A stretch of DNA of 64,000 nucleotides, taken from the IMG/VR virus record IMGVR_UViG_3300045988_137103; one strand, 5' to 3'. The number at the start of each line of letters is the position of its first letter. Position 1 is the stretch's first letter. This document shows positions 12,601 to 20,061 of the stretch, one piece after another. Below the pieces are notes generated by a model, which was not told the DNA's origin, searched no databases, and worked only from the letters and a program-made list of their open reading frames with translations. The stretch is from a virus. The position numbers and the translations under genes were made by a program.

Positions 12601-15600
12601 GCGGATTCTCCTTGATGGCATCCTTAGCCATCTGTTCAAGTATTGCTTCACCATCCTCACCAGTCAAACGAGCAAAAGCCTCATCGCAAATCTCGTCATC
12701 GCTCAGATGCTTATAGTTAGGATCCTTCTTCAAATCGGCAAATAGCTGGGTCTGCATGATGAGTTTATCACCATGCTCTATAAGTTCCGGATTCATGTTT
12801 TTGGCAGCAGTACGCCAAAGATGTTGATACTCATGAATAGGAGTATTAGGATTCAGATGCTCCGCGTTCAGCACAATCTGCTTGCCATCAGTGTAGCCAT
12901 AAACCACACCCTTTCCCTTCAAATACTGCACTCCAGGCTCAGCAACAGCCTTCAACTGATTATCTAACTCAACATACTTATGGAACAAGTCATCAAGTGT
13001 ATCTTGATACTTTTCAAAGGATTTATCCCTGTAGTCAGTCCAAACATCATCTGGAATATCGTTCTCAGAAGATAAACCGTGTTGGTCCATATAGTCCTGC
13101 ATTAACTGATTTTGATACTCTGCTCGCTCTTTCTTCTTGGCATTATAGGAATCCTCGGTTTCTTTAATCTGCTTCTCTAACTCGATTCTCTTATTGAGCA
13201 GAGATTCAGCCTTGTAAGGGTCAAACTCACTAGGAACATCACCCTTCACGTCCTTGATCTGCTCCTCAAAAGGCTTATTCAGATTAAATGCCTTGTAGTT
13301 TCCTATCTTCCAGGCATTGGTATAGTACTTGCGCCACTTCTCCGCTAAGTCCTTCTTTTCAAAGTACTGAGGAGGTTGGTTCGGATTATCCATATTGACG
13401 ATGGCATACTGCTTAAATTTGTCCGGTCTGTTCTTTGCAGCCCAGTCATAAGCTGCCTTGGCCGCCTCCTTCTGCTCAGGAGTCTTGATATAGAAGCGCA
13501 AACGAGGATCATTCAAAAGCATTTCGACTGCCAAATTATCCTGCGCCTCAGCCACCTTCTCCATATCCTCATTGCTAACAACCTTCACAGGGATGCCAGC
13601 CTTCTTAAGCATAGTAGATACAGTATCATAAGCCACCTTCTGCGCCTCCGTCATTTCCGAAGGCTTCACCTCCTTCACATCGCGGTCAAATTTCGCCTGT
13701 TCCTTCTGTACCATAGCATACTCCGCAAAAGGCTTAGTCTTGCGGTCAGAAGACTCCAGCCACTTATCAAAGGTAGTCTTAGGTACAGAAGTAACCTTAC
13801 CAAGTCCCTTCCAGCCCTTGGAGTAGTTGGCAAGATAAGCCTCTGTAGCTGCCTCTTCAGAAGGATAGCCATACATCACCTTATGCTCGTCAAACTCACC
13901 AGTCTCTGGGTTCACTTGGTCAACAACATAAACGTTACCATCAAAAGTATCAAGGTCAGCTGCATCATTGATGAACATATCAATATGATCACCATCAACG
14001 CCAATTTTACCAAGGATATAGCCGTAAGTATCGTGCATGGTCACACTCCAAGGCTTGCCCTGCTCGTCCTTACCGCTTCGAGTCACGCCCTTTGGTGTTT
14101 CTACGGTATAATCGTAGCCACCAAAGGACAAATGACCCTTTTTGTAGTTACCAGCCTTCTTCTGAGCCTCTGTAGGTTCGGTCTCAGTTTCGGCAATGGC
14201 ACTCTTTAAACGTTCTCCGAAGGATGCTTCTTGCGGTAGATGTGAGCCTCGAACAGCTGAGCCTTCGCCAGGTTCCATGCTGCCAGTCTCTTGTCGCCCT
14301 TTGCGTCCGCTATCAGAGCCTTCTCCAATCTCGGACTCAGAAGATGCTTCTCCGTTACCAACTTCTTCGCCTTGGCTATTTCCTTCATCAACTCCTCTCC
14401 GTGAAGAGTCGCTACCCAGGCTACTGCCTCCTCCATATCCTTCTTCATTGCTTCTGTCATCATAATCTGCTAATTCTGGTAAAATTGATTTGACATATTG
14501 TTTGTACTCTCGTTCACGATCCTCAATCTCCATCATACGGTCAAATTCAAGTCCATTGATGTGATCAAGTTCGCTTTCAGGCGGCAAAGATAACTCTTTT
14601 TCGTGAATATACGATTTATATTTCTCAATTTCTGCCTGTCTTTCGATAATTTCTCGCTCTTTCTGTGCTTCGTAATACTCTTCCTCGCTTGAAAGTTCAT
14701 CTTCTGCAGCTGCTATGCGGTTCATCAGAGCCACATTTCTCATTTCCTTCACACAGTCATAAGACTTGAACATATCAAGAAGGGTATTACGAACATCTTG
14801 ATCGGTATATCCCATATCCTGCAAGTTTACAGGAAGGTCATTATATACTCTCACAGCAAATTCGTTAACCGACATACCGGTTCCTTTCTTTGCAATAAGA
14901 TAATTGAACTTATTAGAATCATACCCCTTGCCAATACCAAACTTAAAATTGCTCTTGCCCAACTCATATTGAAGAGATTCTGGATTCAAGCTATGAGGAA
15001 GCAAAGACTCTGATACAGCCTCTTCGAGAGTCTGAGGAGTTAAGTCCATCACATCAACGGAAGCATCCTTATATATTTCATGGATAGCTTTCATATCGTT
15101 CTTCTTCAGCGCATCAGCCACCAATGCCTTGCGTTGCTCTGAAGGTGTCATGCCCAGTTTCTCCATTTCCTGCTTGCTAACTTCCGTTTTGTAGAGTCTG
15201 CTGAGTTTATTAGCCTGAGCCTTCAAACCCTTGGCAGCAACAGACAAATTAGTCTGCAGGGCCTCCAGTTGAGCCTTTGTAGTATTCAATTCCATAAGTT
15301 GGCTAGGGTCCAGCTCTGTTTCACCATTGATATACTGATCCAGCATATCATTCACACCATTTATCTTGCGCTCCACATCCTCCTGGGTATGATAGATGTC
15401 CTTGCGCTGAGAGGTAATATAGTCGGTAGCCTCATCCATAGTTGGATATTGCTTCTTCAATTCTTTATCATCAAGTACGAGCACATGGAAATCATCAGAT
15501 GGCACGATGGCTGATTCATCAACACCAGCCTTCTCTACCTCAGCCTTGCGCTCCTCCTTCATAGCTTTCACCTCATCAGGAGTCATCACACTGTTGCGGA

Positions 15601-18600
15601 TAGTATTCCAGTTCTTGAAACGAGCATCAAGATCTGCAATCTGCTCATTAACCAGACTCAACTCATCCTCCACCTTCTTAGCTTTTTCCGGGTCAAGATC
15701 GGAATTGGTATCAAGCCAGTTCTGATATTCAATAGCAGCCTTTCTCTTGTTGGCAAGTTGCGTTTTGATGTCATCACGGCTGCCATTAACCAGATTCAAA
15801 AGTTTGCCATGGTCTTCCCCAAACTGCTCCTGAAGATACTCAGCCGCCACATTTGGATCTGTATCTTTAGAAGAATAGTCCGGCTGGCCCTCGCTCAGTC
15901 CCACGATGCCATTGGCATAACGCTGTTTCTTATCAGCCTCAGCCTGAGAAACTGCTTTCTGCTCACGTTCATCGTCCTCGGCATCCAAATGCTCATTGAT
16001 TGTGTTGTCGAGCGCATTCTTGCGCCATGCTGCAAACTCTTCTTTAGATAGGGGAAGATAATCTTTGCCATCAGTAAGTACAATCTTTCCGTCCTTGCTA
16101 TATCCGGCAAAGGTCATATTGATATTAGCATCACCCTCCTCCATGGCAACTGTAACCTGGTCATTCGGCTTCAAACCGCTGCCATCAAACTGACTAATAA
16201 ACTGCTGCGCTCTTGCATCCTTCTGCTGAGCCACCGCATTTTCGATGTATTCATCAAGAGAAACAGGAGTGCCTACCTCTTTAATCTCGGCATTAGATAC
16301 CTGCTTAATCATAGGCTGTCCCTGCTCATCAGGAACGACAACAAAGGCTCCACCATATTCGTTAGCCTTCTTCAGGAAGACCTGTTTTCCGCTATCCAGA
16401 GTAGCTGACACGATGTTTCCGTCTTCCGTCTGGTATGGCCAGAGTTGCTGCTTCAACGCCTCACCATAGCCATCATCAGCATGCTGCAGAGCATCAATAG
16501 CACCCTTCTTGGCATCCATAGCCTCCACATACTTACTGATAGCCTCTTTCTGTGCCGGGGTCAGACTGGCACGCTGAGCCACAAACTGCTCCATATCTCT
16601 ACCCTCATTATAGGCATTGGCTACAATATCAGGCATCTTCTCGTTATCAGCAAACGCTCGCTTCAAACGTCCTGTAGCTAAATCACTATTATAGTCGATA
16701 GCCTGCAAAGCCTCAGAATCCCCATTCTTATAGGCATTCTGTCCCATAACAAAAGCATCAGAGCTTGCAACCTTAGGCTCATTTCCTGCACCCTCAGCAG
16801 CAGAGTTTGCAGGGTTTGCAGCAACTTCTGCATCACTCGGAGTTGGTACGGAGTTGGTACGGTCTTGATATGGAGCAGGTTCCTCTGAAACTGGAGGCTC
16901 CTGACCACTAGCAGAACCCTCTACAGAAGCAGGTCCCTCAACAGGAGTAGGTGGTTTTGCGCCATCAACATCGCCCTGCTCTATACGTTTTTTATCATCC
17001 TCTATCTGCTTCATTTCACGTTTCAGTTCAATGGAATTGTAAAGCTCCTTAAGATAAGACTCAACCAAAGGCGCATATTTCTTATCTTTCGACTCCAAAG
17101 CCTTACGAAGTGTACCGCGCGCCACGCCATGGGAATCCTCAAACGTGTTGACAAACTCCCTCATCACAGAACTATTCTCCAGAGCACTGTCATAATAATG
17201 ACGGTAGGCGTTAACCTGCTTCTGCTCCTCATCAGTAAGGATTACACCCTTCTGCTGCTTATCCATGATCTCCTTGATGGCACCAGCATTCTGATGAAGA
17301 TAAACCGCTGCCTTATCCTCATCTGTCAATTTCTCACCCATATTATATTTCTGGGCTGCCTTGTTGTATAAGCCATCAAGATGCTCCTGCGTAAACTCAT
17401 TGTGGAACTCACCTTCCAGCACAGAAGCCAAACCAAGAGTCTTATCATACTCCAGTTTCTTATCTGCTTTCTGAGCCTCATCAAGAGAAGAATACTCCTT
17501 TCTGTCAACAACACCGCCATCCTTGTTCAAAGTTTCGAGATAAACCTTGCCACCATTATCCATTGGTTGCACGATGATGGAATCTACAATAGGCGAGAAA
17601 GAAGAAGGTCGTTTGCCTTCTACAACTGCCATCATCTTAGCCTTCAACACCTCCGGAACACTCTTGTCGTTCATCAGGTCCATATACTTCTGGGTTAACT
17701 GCCCATCAAGTCGCTGAGCATTCTCACCAACCATAGCATACTCCCCGATGCCCATCTTCTCAAAAGCATCACGAAGACCATCATAGCCGAATCTCTTCAA
17801 CTCGGCAATATCCTGATCAGTGAAATCAAACTTCTTGTTAAACTCCCTTGCATCCTTGAATCGGGCATACTTGCCCACAAAACCAGGGAAACCAATAGAC
17901 AAAAGATTAGCACCACTCTCCAAGAAAGTTTCAGCAGCATCCTTGCCAGTAGGCTTGAAATTCGGGTCGTGCGCCATACGCTCCAACAACTGCTGACCGG
18001 TCATAATACCGGAATCCACAACCTTACCACCAATATCAGCCAGAATATTGGTAGCTAAGCCTCTGCCTTTACCTACCATGTTAGCGATTGTTCCACCCTG
18101 CATGATAGCACCTACGGCACTCTGTTTAGCCACTTCGCCCAAAGTGTTGGCAATAACCTTACCCACGGAAGGATTGTAAATCTTGCCATTCTCATCGAAC
18201 TGACCTGTACGATAAATCTCATCAATAGGCTTCGAGATTGCAGACTGACCACCAAAGGTAACAGCACCATGCGCGGCTCCACCCTTCAAAGCCGCGGCCT
18301 TGCTCTTGCCGATAAGCACCTTGGCAGCTCGCTCAGCCATCTTGCGCTCCATACCCTTAGCCATGAGGTCACCAGCCAGTTTACCCTCTGCCTTGGCTAC
18401 CATGCTCTTAGTCAACTTGCCACCTGCGGCTCCCGGCAGCCAATAACTCCAGGCATCACCTGCAAAGGTCAGAGCACCACTAGCTACGTTTTCCCAGAAG
18501 CCCGGCTGATACTGCTGATTGGCAATATCCTCCAGCCAGTTCTGGTAGTCCGTCTGAACAGCCTTGCGAGTAATCTTACCCACAATAGTGTTACCCAAGC

Positions 18601-20032
18601 CATTCTTCCAGATGTACTCAGCACTACCCTTAGGCATCATACCCTTAATCTCCAACTGATCGAGTTCATTTTTAAGAACAGAATTGATCATCGGCTTGAA
18701 CTGCTTAGGATCACTACTCTGAGTGCCATTCAAGCCATATCGCTGCATCACCTTAAATGCCGCATTGCTCATATCATTCAGGAACTCCGGATTCCGGTAG
18801 AGCCTGCCAAACTTCTTCTGCAAACTAGAAAGCACCTTTGCAGGATCCTTGGCCTCGTTTGCCTCATACTGAGCACCAAGTGCTGTACCCAGACGAAGAT
18901 TAGCCGGAATAAACTGGCTTCCTTCCATTCCCTCCGTAAATGCCTTACTGCCTGCCTCCTGAGCCTTGTTGTACTCATCCACTACAGATGGATTCACATA
19001 CTTACTGATAACGCTAGAAAGCGCATCATTGATGTCCTGATTCATCAGTCTGTCCTGCACATGCTCATCATGAGAATAGAGGCGTGTAGCAATACCCTCA
19101 GCGATGTCACGATAGTTCGGGCCATACTTGTTAACCAAACTCTGCACCATAGCTGGTTTCAAGAATTGTCCCACATAGTCATCATAGCTGATACCCATGC
19201 TGTCAGCCTCCTGCTTCAACTTATCCTGCACACCATGGCTATACCATTGTGCTTCGATACTCTTCTCAGCATCCTGCACAGTATCATCAGGCAAAGAAGA
19301 AACAACCTGGTTAGTTACGTCCATGGCTGAACGGTTGGCATATCTGCCCAGAGCAGACTGCACCATCTTAACAGCCTCCTCATTGTTATTGGCAGTACCA
19401 TCAGCTAACAAGTCGGCAACCATATTTTCGAAGTAAGTACCCTGCTTATCCGGTCTCTGCTTCCAGTTCTCCAGATAGTTGGCAAACTTGGCATCCATCA
19501 TGCCTTCATTATTCACCACACCAGTTGGAGTTGTAACAGGAGCCACTTCCTTAGATTCAGGAGAAGCGTGCTGCACAGTACTTTGCGGTTGATTATTGTT
19601 CACACTTGGCTGGTTAGCCTCTTGTGGCTGATTGTCTCCACCAAACAAGCCTGAAACAGTAGAAATCATCTTTCCTGGCATTTCCTTCAATTTATCCACA
19701 AAGTCATTACCAAAGTCTTTCACTGCTTCGGGAACCCTGTCTTTTCCTTCATTAGAAGAAGACGGATGCGCTGAAGGTTGCGCCACCTGCTGTTTTGTCT
19801 CAGTAGAAGCACTCTGATTCGTAGCAGAAGTAGATGGAGCTGGCTCCAACACCATCTTATCAAAGTCTGCCTGTGTTCCTACATCATAACCCATGTTCTT
19901 GGCCTCATTGTAGTACCAGTCACGATCTTCCTTGTTGTTCAAGTCCTTTTTAAAGTCATCATAGCTACCTACTTCATAGCCATTGTTCTTGAACTCATTA
20001 TAAAAATATTGTCTGTCTTGCTCGTCAAACAT
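3602..20032 (-). CDS. Giant polyvalent multi-domain protein (5,476 aa), putative packaged/ejected virion protein
   Basis: Single uninterrupted 16,431-nt ORF. One frame carries a PPase-like module, three zincin-type HExxH/HExxxH motifs, an R-S-ExE-like segment and a full C5-DNA-methyltransferase motif set. All + strand ORFs inside it are antisense shadows. Confidence 0.85.
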   Translation of the reverse strand: MFDEQDRQYFYNEFKNNGYEVGSYDDFKKDLNNKEDRDWYYNEAKNMGYDVGTQADFDKMVLEPAPSTSATNQSASTETKQQVAQPSAHPSSSNEGKDRVPEAVKDFGNDFVDKLKEMPGKMISTVSGLFGGDNQPQEANQPSVNNNQPQSTVQHASPESKEVAPVTTPTGVVNNEGMMDAKFANYLENWKQRPDKQGTYFENMVADLLADGTANNNEEAVKMVQSALGRYANRSAMDVTNQVVSSLPDDTVQDAEKSIEAQWYSHGVQDKLKQEADSMGISYDDYVGQFLKPAMVQSLVNKYGPNYRDIAEGIATRLYSHDEHVQDRLMNQDINDALSSVISKYVNPSVVDEYNKAQEAGSKAFTEGMEGSQFIPANLRLGTALGAQYEANEAKDPAKVLSSLQKKFGRLYRNPEFLNDMSNAAFKVMQRYGLNGTQSSDPKQFKPMINSVLKNELDQLEIKGMMPKGSAEYIWKNGLGNTIVGKITRKAVQTDYQNWLEDIANQQYQPGFWENVASGALTFAGDAWSYWLPGAAGGKLTKSMVAKAEGKLAGDLMAKGMERKMAERAAKVLIGKSKAAALKGGAAHGAVTFGGQSAISKPIDEIYRTGQFDENGKIYNPSVGKVIANTLGEVAKQSAVGAIMQGGTIANMVGKGRGLATNILADIGGKVVDSGIMTGQQLLERMAHDPNFKPTGKDAAETFLESGANLLSIGFPGFVGKYARFKDAREFNKKFDFTDQDIAELKRFGYDGLRDAFEKMGIGEYAMVGENAQRLDGQLTQKYMDLMNDKSVPEVLKAKMMAVVEGKRPSSFSPIVDSIIVQPMDNGGKVYLETLNKDGGVVDRKEYSSLDEAQKADKKLEYDKTLGLASVLEGEFHNEFTQEHLDGLYNKAAQKYNMGEKLTDEDKAAVYLHQNAGAIKEIMDKQQKGVILTDEEQKQVNAYRHYYDSALENSSVMREFVNTFEDSHGVARGTLRKALESKDKKYAPLVESYLKELYNSIELKREMKQIEDDKKRIEQGDVDGAKPPTPVEGPASVEGSASGQEPPVSEEPAPYQDRTNSVPTPSDAEVAANPANSAAEGAGNEPKVASSDAFVMGQNAYKNGDSEALQAIDYNSDLATGRLKRAFADNEKMPDIVANAYNEGRDMEQFVAQRASLTPAQKEAISKYVEAMDAKKGAIDALQHADDGYGEALKQQLWPYQTEDGNIVSATLDSGKQVFLKKANEYGGAFVVVPDEQGQPMIKQVSNAEIKEVGTPVSLDEYIENAVAQQKDARAQQFISQFDGSGLKPNDQVTVAMEEGDANINMTFAGYSKDGKIVLTDGKDYLPLSKEEFAAWRKNALDNTINEHLDAEDDEREQKAVSQAEADKKQRYANGIVGLSEGQPDYSSKDTDPNVAAEYLQEQFGEDHGKLLNLVNGSRDDIKTQLANKRKAAIEYQNWLDTNSDLDPEKAKKVEDELSLVNEQIADLDARFKNWNTIRNSVMTPDEVKAMKEERKAEVEKAGVDESAIVPSDDFHVLVLDDKELKKQYPTMDEATDYITSQRKDIYHTQEDVERKINGVNDMLDQYINGETELDPSQLMELNTTKAQLEALQTNLSVAAKGLKAQANKLSRLYKTEVSKQEMEKLGMTPSEQRKALVADALKKNDMKAIHEIYKDASVDVMDLTPQTLEEAVSESLLPHSLNPESLQYELGKSNFKFGIGKGYDSNKFNYLIAKKGTGMSVNEFAVRVYNDLPVNLQDMGYTDQDVRNTLLDMFKSYDCVKEMRNVALMNRIAAAEDELSSEEEYYEAQKEREIIERQAEIEKYKSYIHEKELSLPPESELDHINGLEFDRMMEIEDREREYKQYVKSILPELADYDDRSNEEGYGGGSSLGSDSSRRGVDEGNSQGEEVGNGEASSESEIGEGSDSGRKGRQETGSMEPGEGSAVRGSHLPQEASFGERLKSAIAETETEPTEAQKKAGNYKKGHLSFGGYDYTVETPKGVTRSGKDEQGKPWSVTMHDTYGYILGKIGVDGDHIDMFINDAADLDTFDGNVYVVDQVNPETGEFDEHKVMYGYPSEEAATEAYLANYSKGWKGLGKVTSVPKTTFDKWLESSDRKTKPFAEYAMVQKEQAKFDRDVKEVKPSEMTEAQKVAYDTVSTMLKKAGIPVKVVSNEDMEKVAEAQDNLAVEMLLNDPRLRFYIKTPEQKEAAKAAYDWAAKNRPDKFKQYAIVNMDNPNQPPQYFEKKDLAEKWRKYYTNAWKIGNYKAFNLNKPFEEQIKDVKGDVPSEFDPYKAESLLNKRIELEKQIKETEDSYNAKKKERAEYQNQLMQDYMDQHGLSSENDIPDDVWTDYRDKSFEKYQDTLDDLFHKYVELDNQLKAVAEPGVQYLKGKGVVYGYTDGKQIVLNAEHLNPNTPIHEYQHLWRTAAKNMNPELIEHGDKLIMQTQLFADLKKDPNYKHLSDDEICDEAFARLTGEDGEAILEQMAKDAIKENPLDTAKELSVINKLKEWLKKFWYWTLETFTKWKPEDIKKMTLEDIRNLVLRDLANGVDPRNVLKGQMTKDEAVSLRQQMADNAEPERILEHTEDNWLQDFGKDGRVNTPIGSIKLGENQYKKAGREDRIKRFGLLKPTLERPDVILEKPAPKEGAERQTKYLFVKSFKKVDGTKILNFESITVKQGEDEVSISAHQIEPSKLLKELTESKMLWNRFRGDSNSLGENQGSALTPSANNPSGKDSVLNPHSDAKIRNSFEITKENGGNLSVEDKIKAVSQQFGVDEADVAMYANAVKKGSTAEAARARANIKRHLMQVNEGNIFSFKDVVKYTKPINEALKENFGDLDAMIEERIKQVEAERNAMEAARKRAEEEEAKRKKHLEELSLIPDDKLDKQYMDALSKGDDATAREMLDEAARRKGYDDTESAYQGVGAWAAPRNPGYESDKARRDDWESSGSDVNLEDMALGYTPQPDDYFSHPERYSQNTPHGLESVKAINTAIDAIKNGEKDVKVKVYRAVPTSVKEGKLRNGDWVTPSKKYAEMHGTNRLEGKYRIIEDEVPATQLWWDGNDANEFGFDDGKEYKYKNAKNNRKLNDLVTYDDEGDVIPPSKRFNSRKSDIRFMFAGEKGAAEADKADERTIRMDNLDVAKQMEEAKKDAKVIKMATGWEKGVDGKWRYEMPDAKIKDTIDVGGGNIVKRFEEDMLWTDGKLEDAVDAPKLFEAYPQLKNIKIHTDAVMNDMPSNGEYNPQTKTITIHADELKYLNSILNHEIQHVIQREEGFAHGGTPEQVERDFNAAKVEWKARSYAFELEEKAKEMGGEYNQSAVEKALIQEYKDMDMPEFIPDKETRIKGFNYFARGYADRSMDDAIKRFRLDRFQRTDFDSYQEYRKLAGEVESRNVEKRLGMTDEERRNSLASETEDVNRDEQIVMNGNDASYSIVKDPETIKKLDKEDTVKVYRAMQVGEDGKLYPPMAAKVKGKFVEPIELGKWEQADERPELADDKGMFTLNKGNGKSLKAAYNPYLHTSRTPLNDQFSEAQNRPNIVTVEVEVPKSELTSGYKADKAKDAVGEVEWKAGIIQGQLTGKRKVVLSRWDKPVRIVPDSEVADVIVNDMFKGKNITMPSNVVTPSLRKELEKRGVPFVETDNRGRIVGGENDGVHYSKVYGKNAQSPILEQKLKKHPDSLMKAGTYFSGGGLVEEGLKGIIDPVVAVEYDRKISGVYRNNFGQHIVTADVRDVDPKELVKQIDGEVEYFHASPVCKNYSQAKSNSGEVELDKETAKSTADFIDAVKPRVVTIENVKGYKDSEAMKIITQALDKNGYKWDVDVYNAADFGGYTSRERLIVRAVKDGELPEKPKKQPRKGGWLEAVEDILPTLTVKESGVAPWMDARLKVDGIDWQKVEKPLYVMGSAYADGKIPHAYGDEILPTLRTKSGDVIIMPGGKVLRADGRVLARITGLGDDYKLPKTESLAHTIIGNGIPVQLTQGVIAPLLNKDDLSGRNVLARLGSSIFKNNWDADKQKQVSDRVVNTANKLGGAEATVYTSVDEVPDAYLSDVKNGATGWYDPTTHTVHVYLPNCADANEAERTVLHEKIGHEGMEVLLGGEDGVRKFANFVYRSVGKDVRGKIIDFANKYDPDWKNPDRMNVGTQEYIAHLAEEGPKTAEDFSLWTKIKHYLIKVLKKLGVRVPGLLNDKDLRYYLMKAGKALHVWDEMPQEKQEAMMKQASNAEIKDALGDGAGKGKPRQKKGESTIQYMKRVQEWRKWQNAREDKENPEPPMFYDIDKDEVGKKEWAKLNKDWRERHHLVGEEPTGMPIRMEGEEDAAYMNRIHEYEKWQSAMKDQEDPLPDMFAFEKKKQEEVKRKYEDWLAKHDLLEQQQADLDLYEGKIYPAETNPKADALEQQVMQDLAEVTSTDVSKEGAAKTVKHAVIHRRKNMEEASADDAIYINDVKNRIEKMADSGVFDKLLSDYKGKKNRAEKLAETIPYIIEAPRRLRDMAQNLNATGVFDKGHIHIQPADVEAIQPYVTDLITETAKKHTEIKKGKEIEVYDDPKAVSEVASKMAQAINANHQGEEGFVPCDGTDILSKHVLKLVKERVVPGRINYKELSPEMQAAIDSIRDWYNYTYDWLMDNHTLKAGTGYNVDYVNHIWDKEKSDPEAYATFVENRQRTKSPNEKKRTISTLMEGVYAGLVPKTTDITKMMAYYSRSNIEAWANKTMLQELTGLNVIERNEKGEVISTDPLLSSSAPFNLEQYKYFEIPGVGPVWVYNVSPKQVKVKNPITDNEKVLYSEASAGDRFGVVFDTYQSSPFWKTFDTLASSAKKLELGFSGFHAGALTEVYMVQNMVEFGPKKAMANFMKYIFADTAKNHELPCFANPEDFQEAASHLVKFGATNDYAAADVQNMFDNMRDAMIKVQKKLKDGNKISGTVAKASMPLKVATQMLSLINKGMDVALWDFLHDGLKLATYRMRADKTKERAKKKGWTEEELSRALDEDGQFVNDMFGGQHWDVLGASHRTLRYAGRVLLSSDWNASTTRHFLALTGFGSIWNEATFENFKQYYKRLKHKELAPEDEGRRSRQISALLCYGIGFMVFYEGIANGINAAFRALDEEKERKKAEEIRKTNPSYKSMYELAYGDEGIKWYDYLMRGNSLGQQSKIFLGRYEDGTEMYVRHGKQFREVPEYLFNHKGELEFPGPMVQRMIGKANPMVRMTLDDINYLSDFQASHADQEIQRKYGKTIGLLYKDALYWAPFLIPSQENKEFKAVDFFFPSSKGFSPWKAQSYFKDFILSGDMEGVVMTYQSCQRNGIDPEAQIKAAIGSVKALESAEMSDGVTSLQEASKRFDTAKSITEKKKMRQKMKKFLSQSDYKAFTQKEALDMVQGYLNGDEDLKEMEKAESKYLIKAKAEDVTEDWRIQNVWNGTMETYQEYQRLKDVDKAKANAFKNSKTNKRLFAARKAISAARRKMNKAKKQMDGTNDAAKLVEIRNTRKELLKTLNGME
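7817..7837 (-). other. Third metallopeptidase-like motif HEKIGHE inside the giant ORF
   Basis: Context AERTVLHEKIGHEGMEVLLGG. Confidence 0.4.
8150..9050 (-). other. C5-cytosine DNA methyltransferase domain inside the giant ORF
   Basis: Motif I YFSGGGLVEEG (about 9017-9031), motif IV HASPVCKNYS (Cys codon about 8825-8827), motif VI TIENVKGY (about 8706-8714), motif VIII GYTSRERLIV, motif X IIGNGIPVQL (about 8171-8182). All lie in the ORF frame and in canonical order. Confidence 0.8.
10286..10300 (-). other. Zincin-type metallopeptidase motif HEIQH inside the giant ORF
   Basis: Context LNSILNHEIQHVIQREEGFAHGG. HExxH followed by a downstream Glu. Confidence 0.5.
10870..11080 (-). other. Candidate ADP-ribosyltransferase-like segment inside the giant ORF
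   Basis: VKVYRAVPTS ... DWVTPSKKYA ... YRIIEDEVP gives Arg, Ser and ExE in the order and spacing of R-S-E ARTs. Weak, motif-level only. Confidence 0.3.
12821..12835 (-). other. Zincin-type metallopeptidase motif HEYQH inside the giant ORF
   Basis: Reverse complement reads CAT GAG TAT CAA CAT in the context NTPIHEYQHLWRTAAK. Confidence 0.45.
13750..14155 (-). other. Inorganic-pyrophosphatase-like domain inside the giant ORF
   Basis: Translation ...NYKKGHLSFGGYDYTV...MHDTYGYILGKIGVDGDHIDMFIND...EFDEHKVMYGY... parallels the family I PPase core (NYGYI...DGDPvDvlV). Confidence 0.5.
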
Positions 20033-20061
20033 ACTTTATCTGATTTTTGATTAATATTCCG

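Noticed and set aside
7583-19330. Long + strand ORFs inside the giant gene (for example 7583-8509 at 308 aa, 13376-14209 at 277 aa, 18269-19330 at 353 aa)
   Set aside because: They are antisense to a continuous 16.4-kb frame that carries recognisable enzyme motifs. Their translations are Leu/Ser/His/Ile-rich with no motifs, which is typical of shadow ORFs.
3602-20032. Idea that the giant ORF is a crAss-/N4-type virion RNA polymerase, with the hairpin family as its promoters
   Set aside because: I could not find DxDGD double-psi-barrel motifs or T7-like A/B/C polymerase motifs. The recognisable modules are methyltransferase, peptidase and PPase-like instead. The presence of an integrase and a CI-type repressor also argues against a crAss- or N4-like lifestyle. 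The hairpin-promoter idea is kept only as a low-probability alternative.
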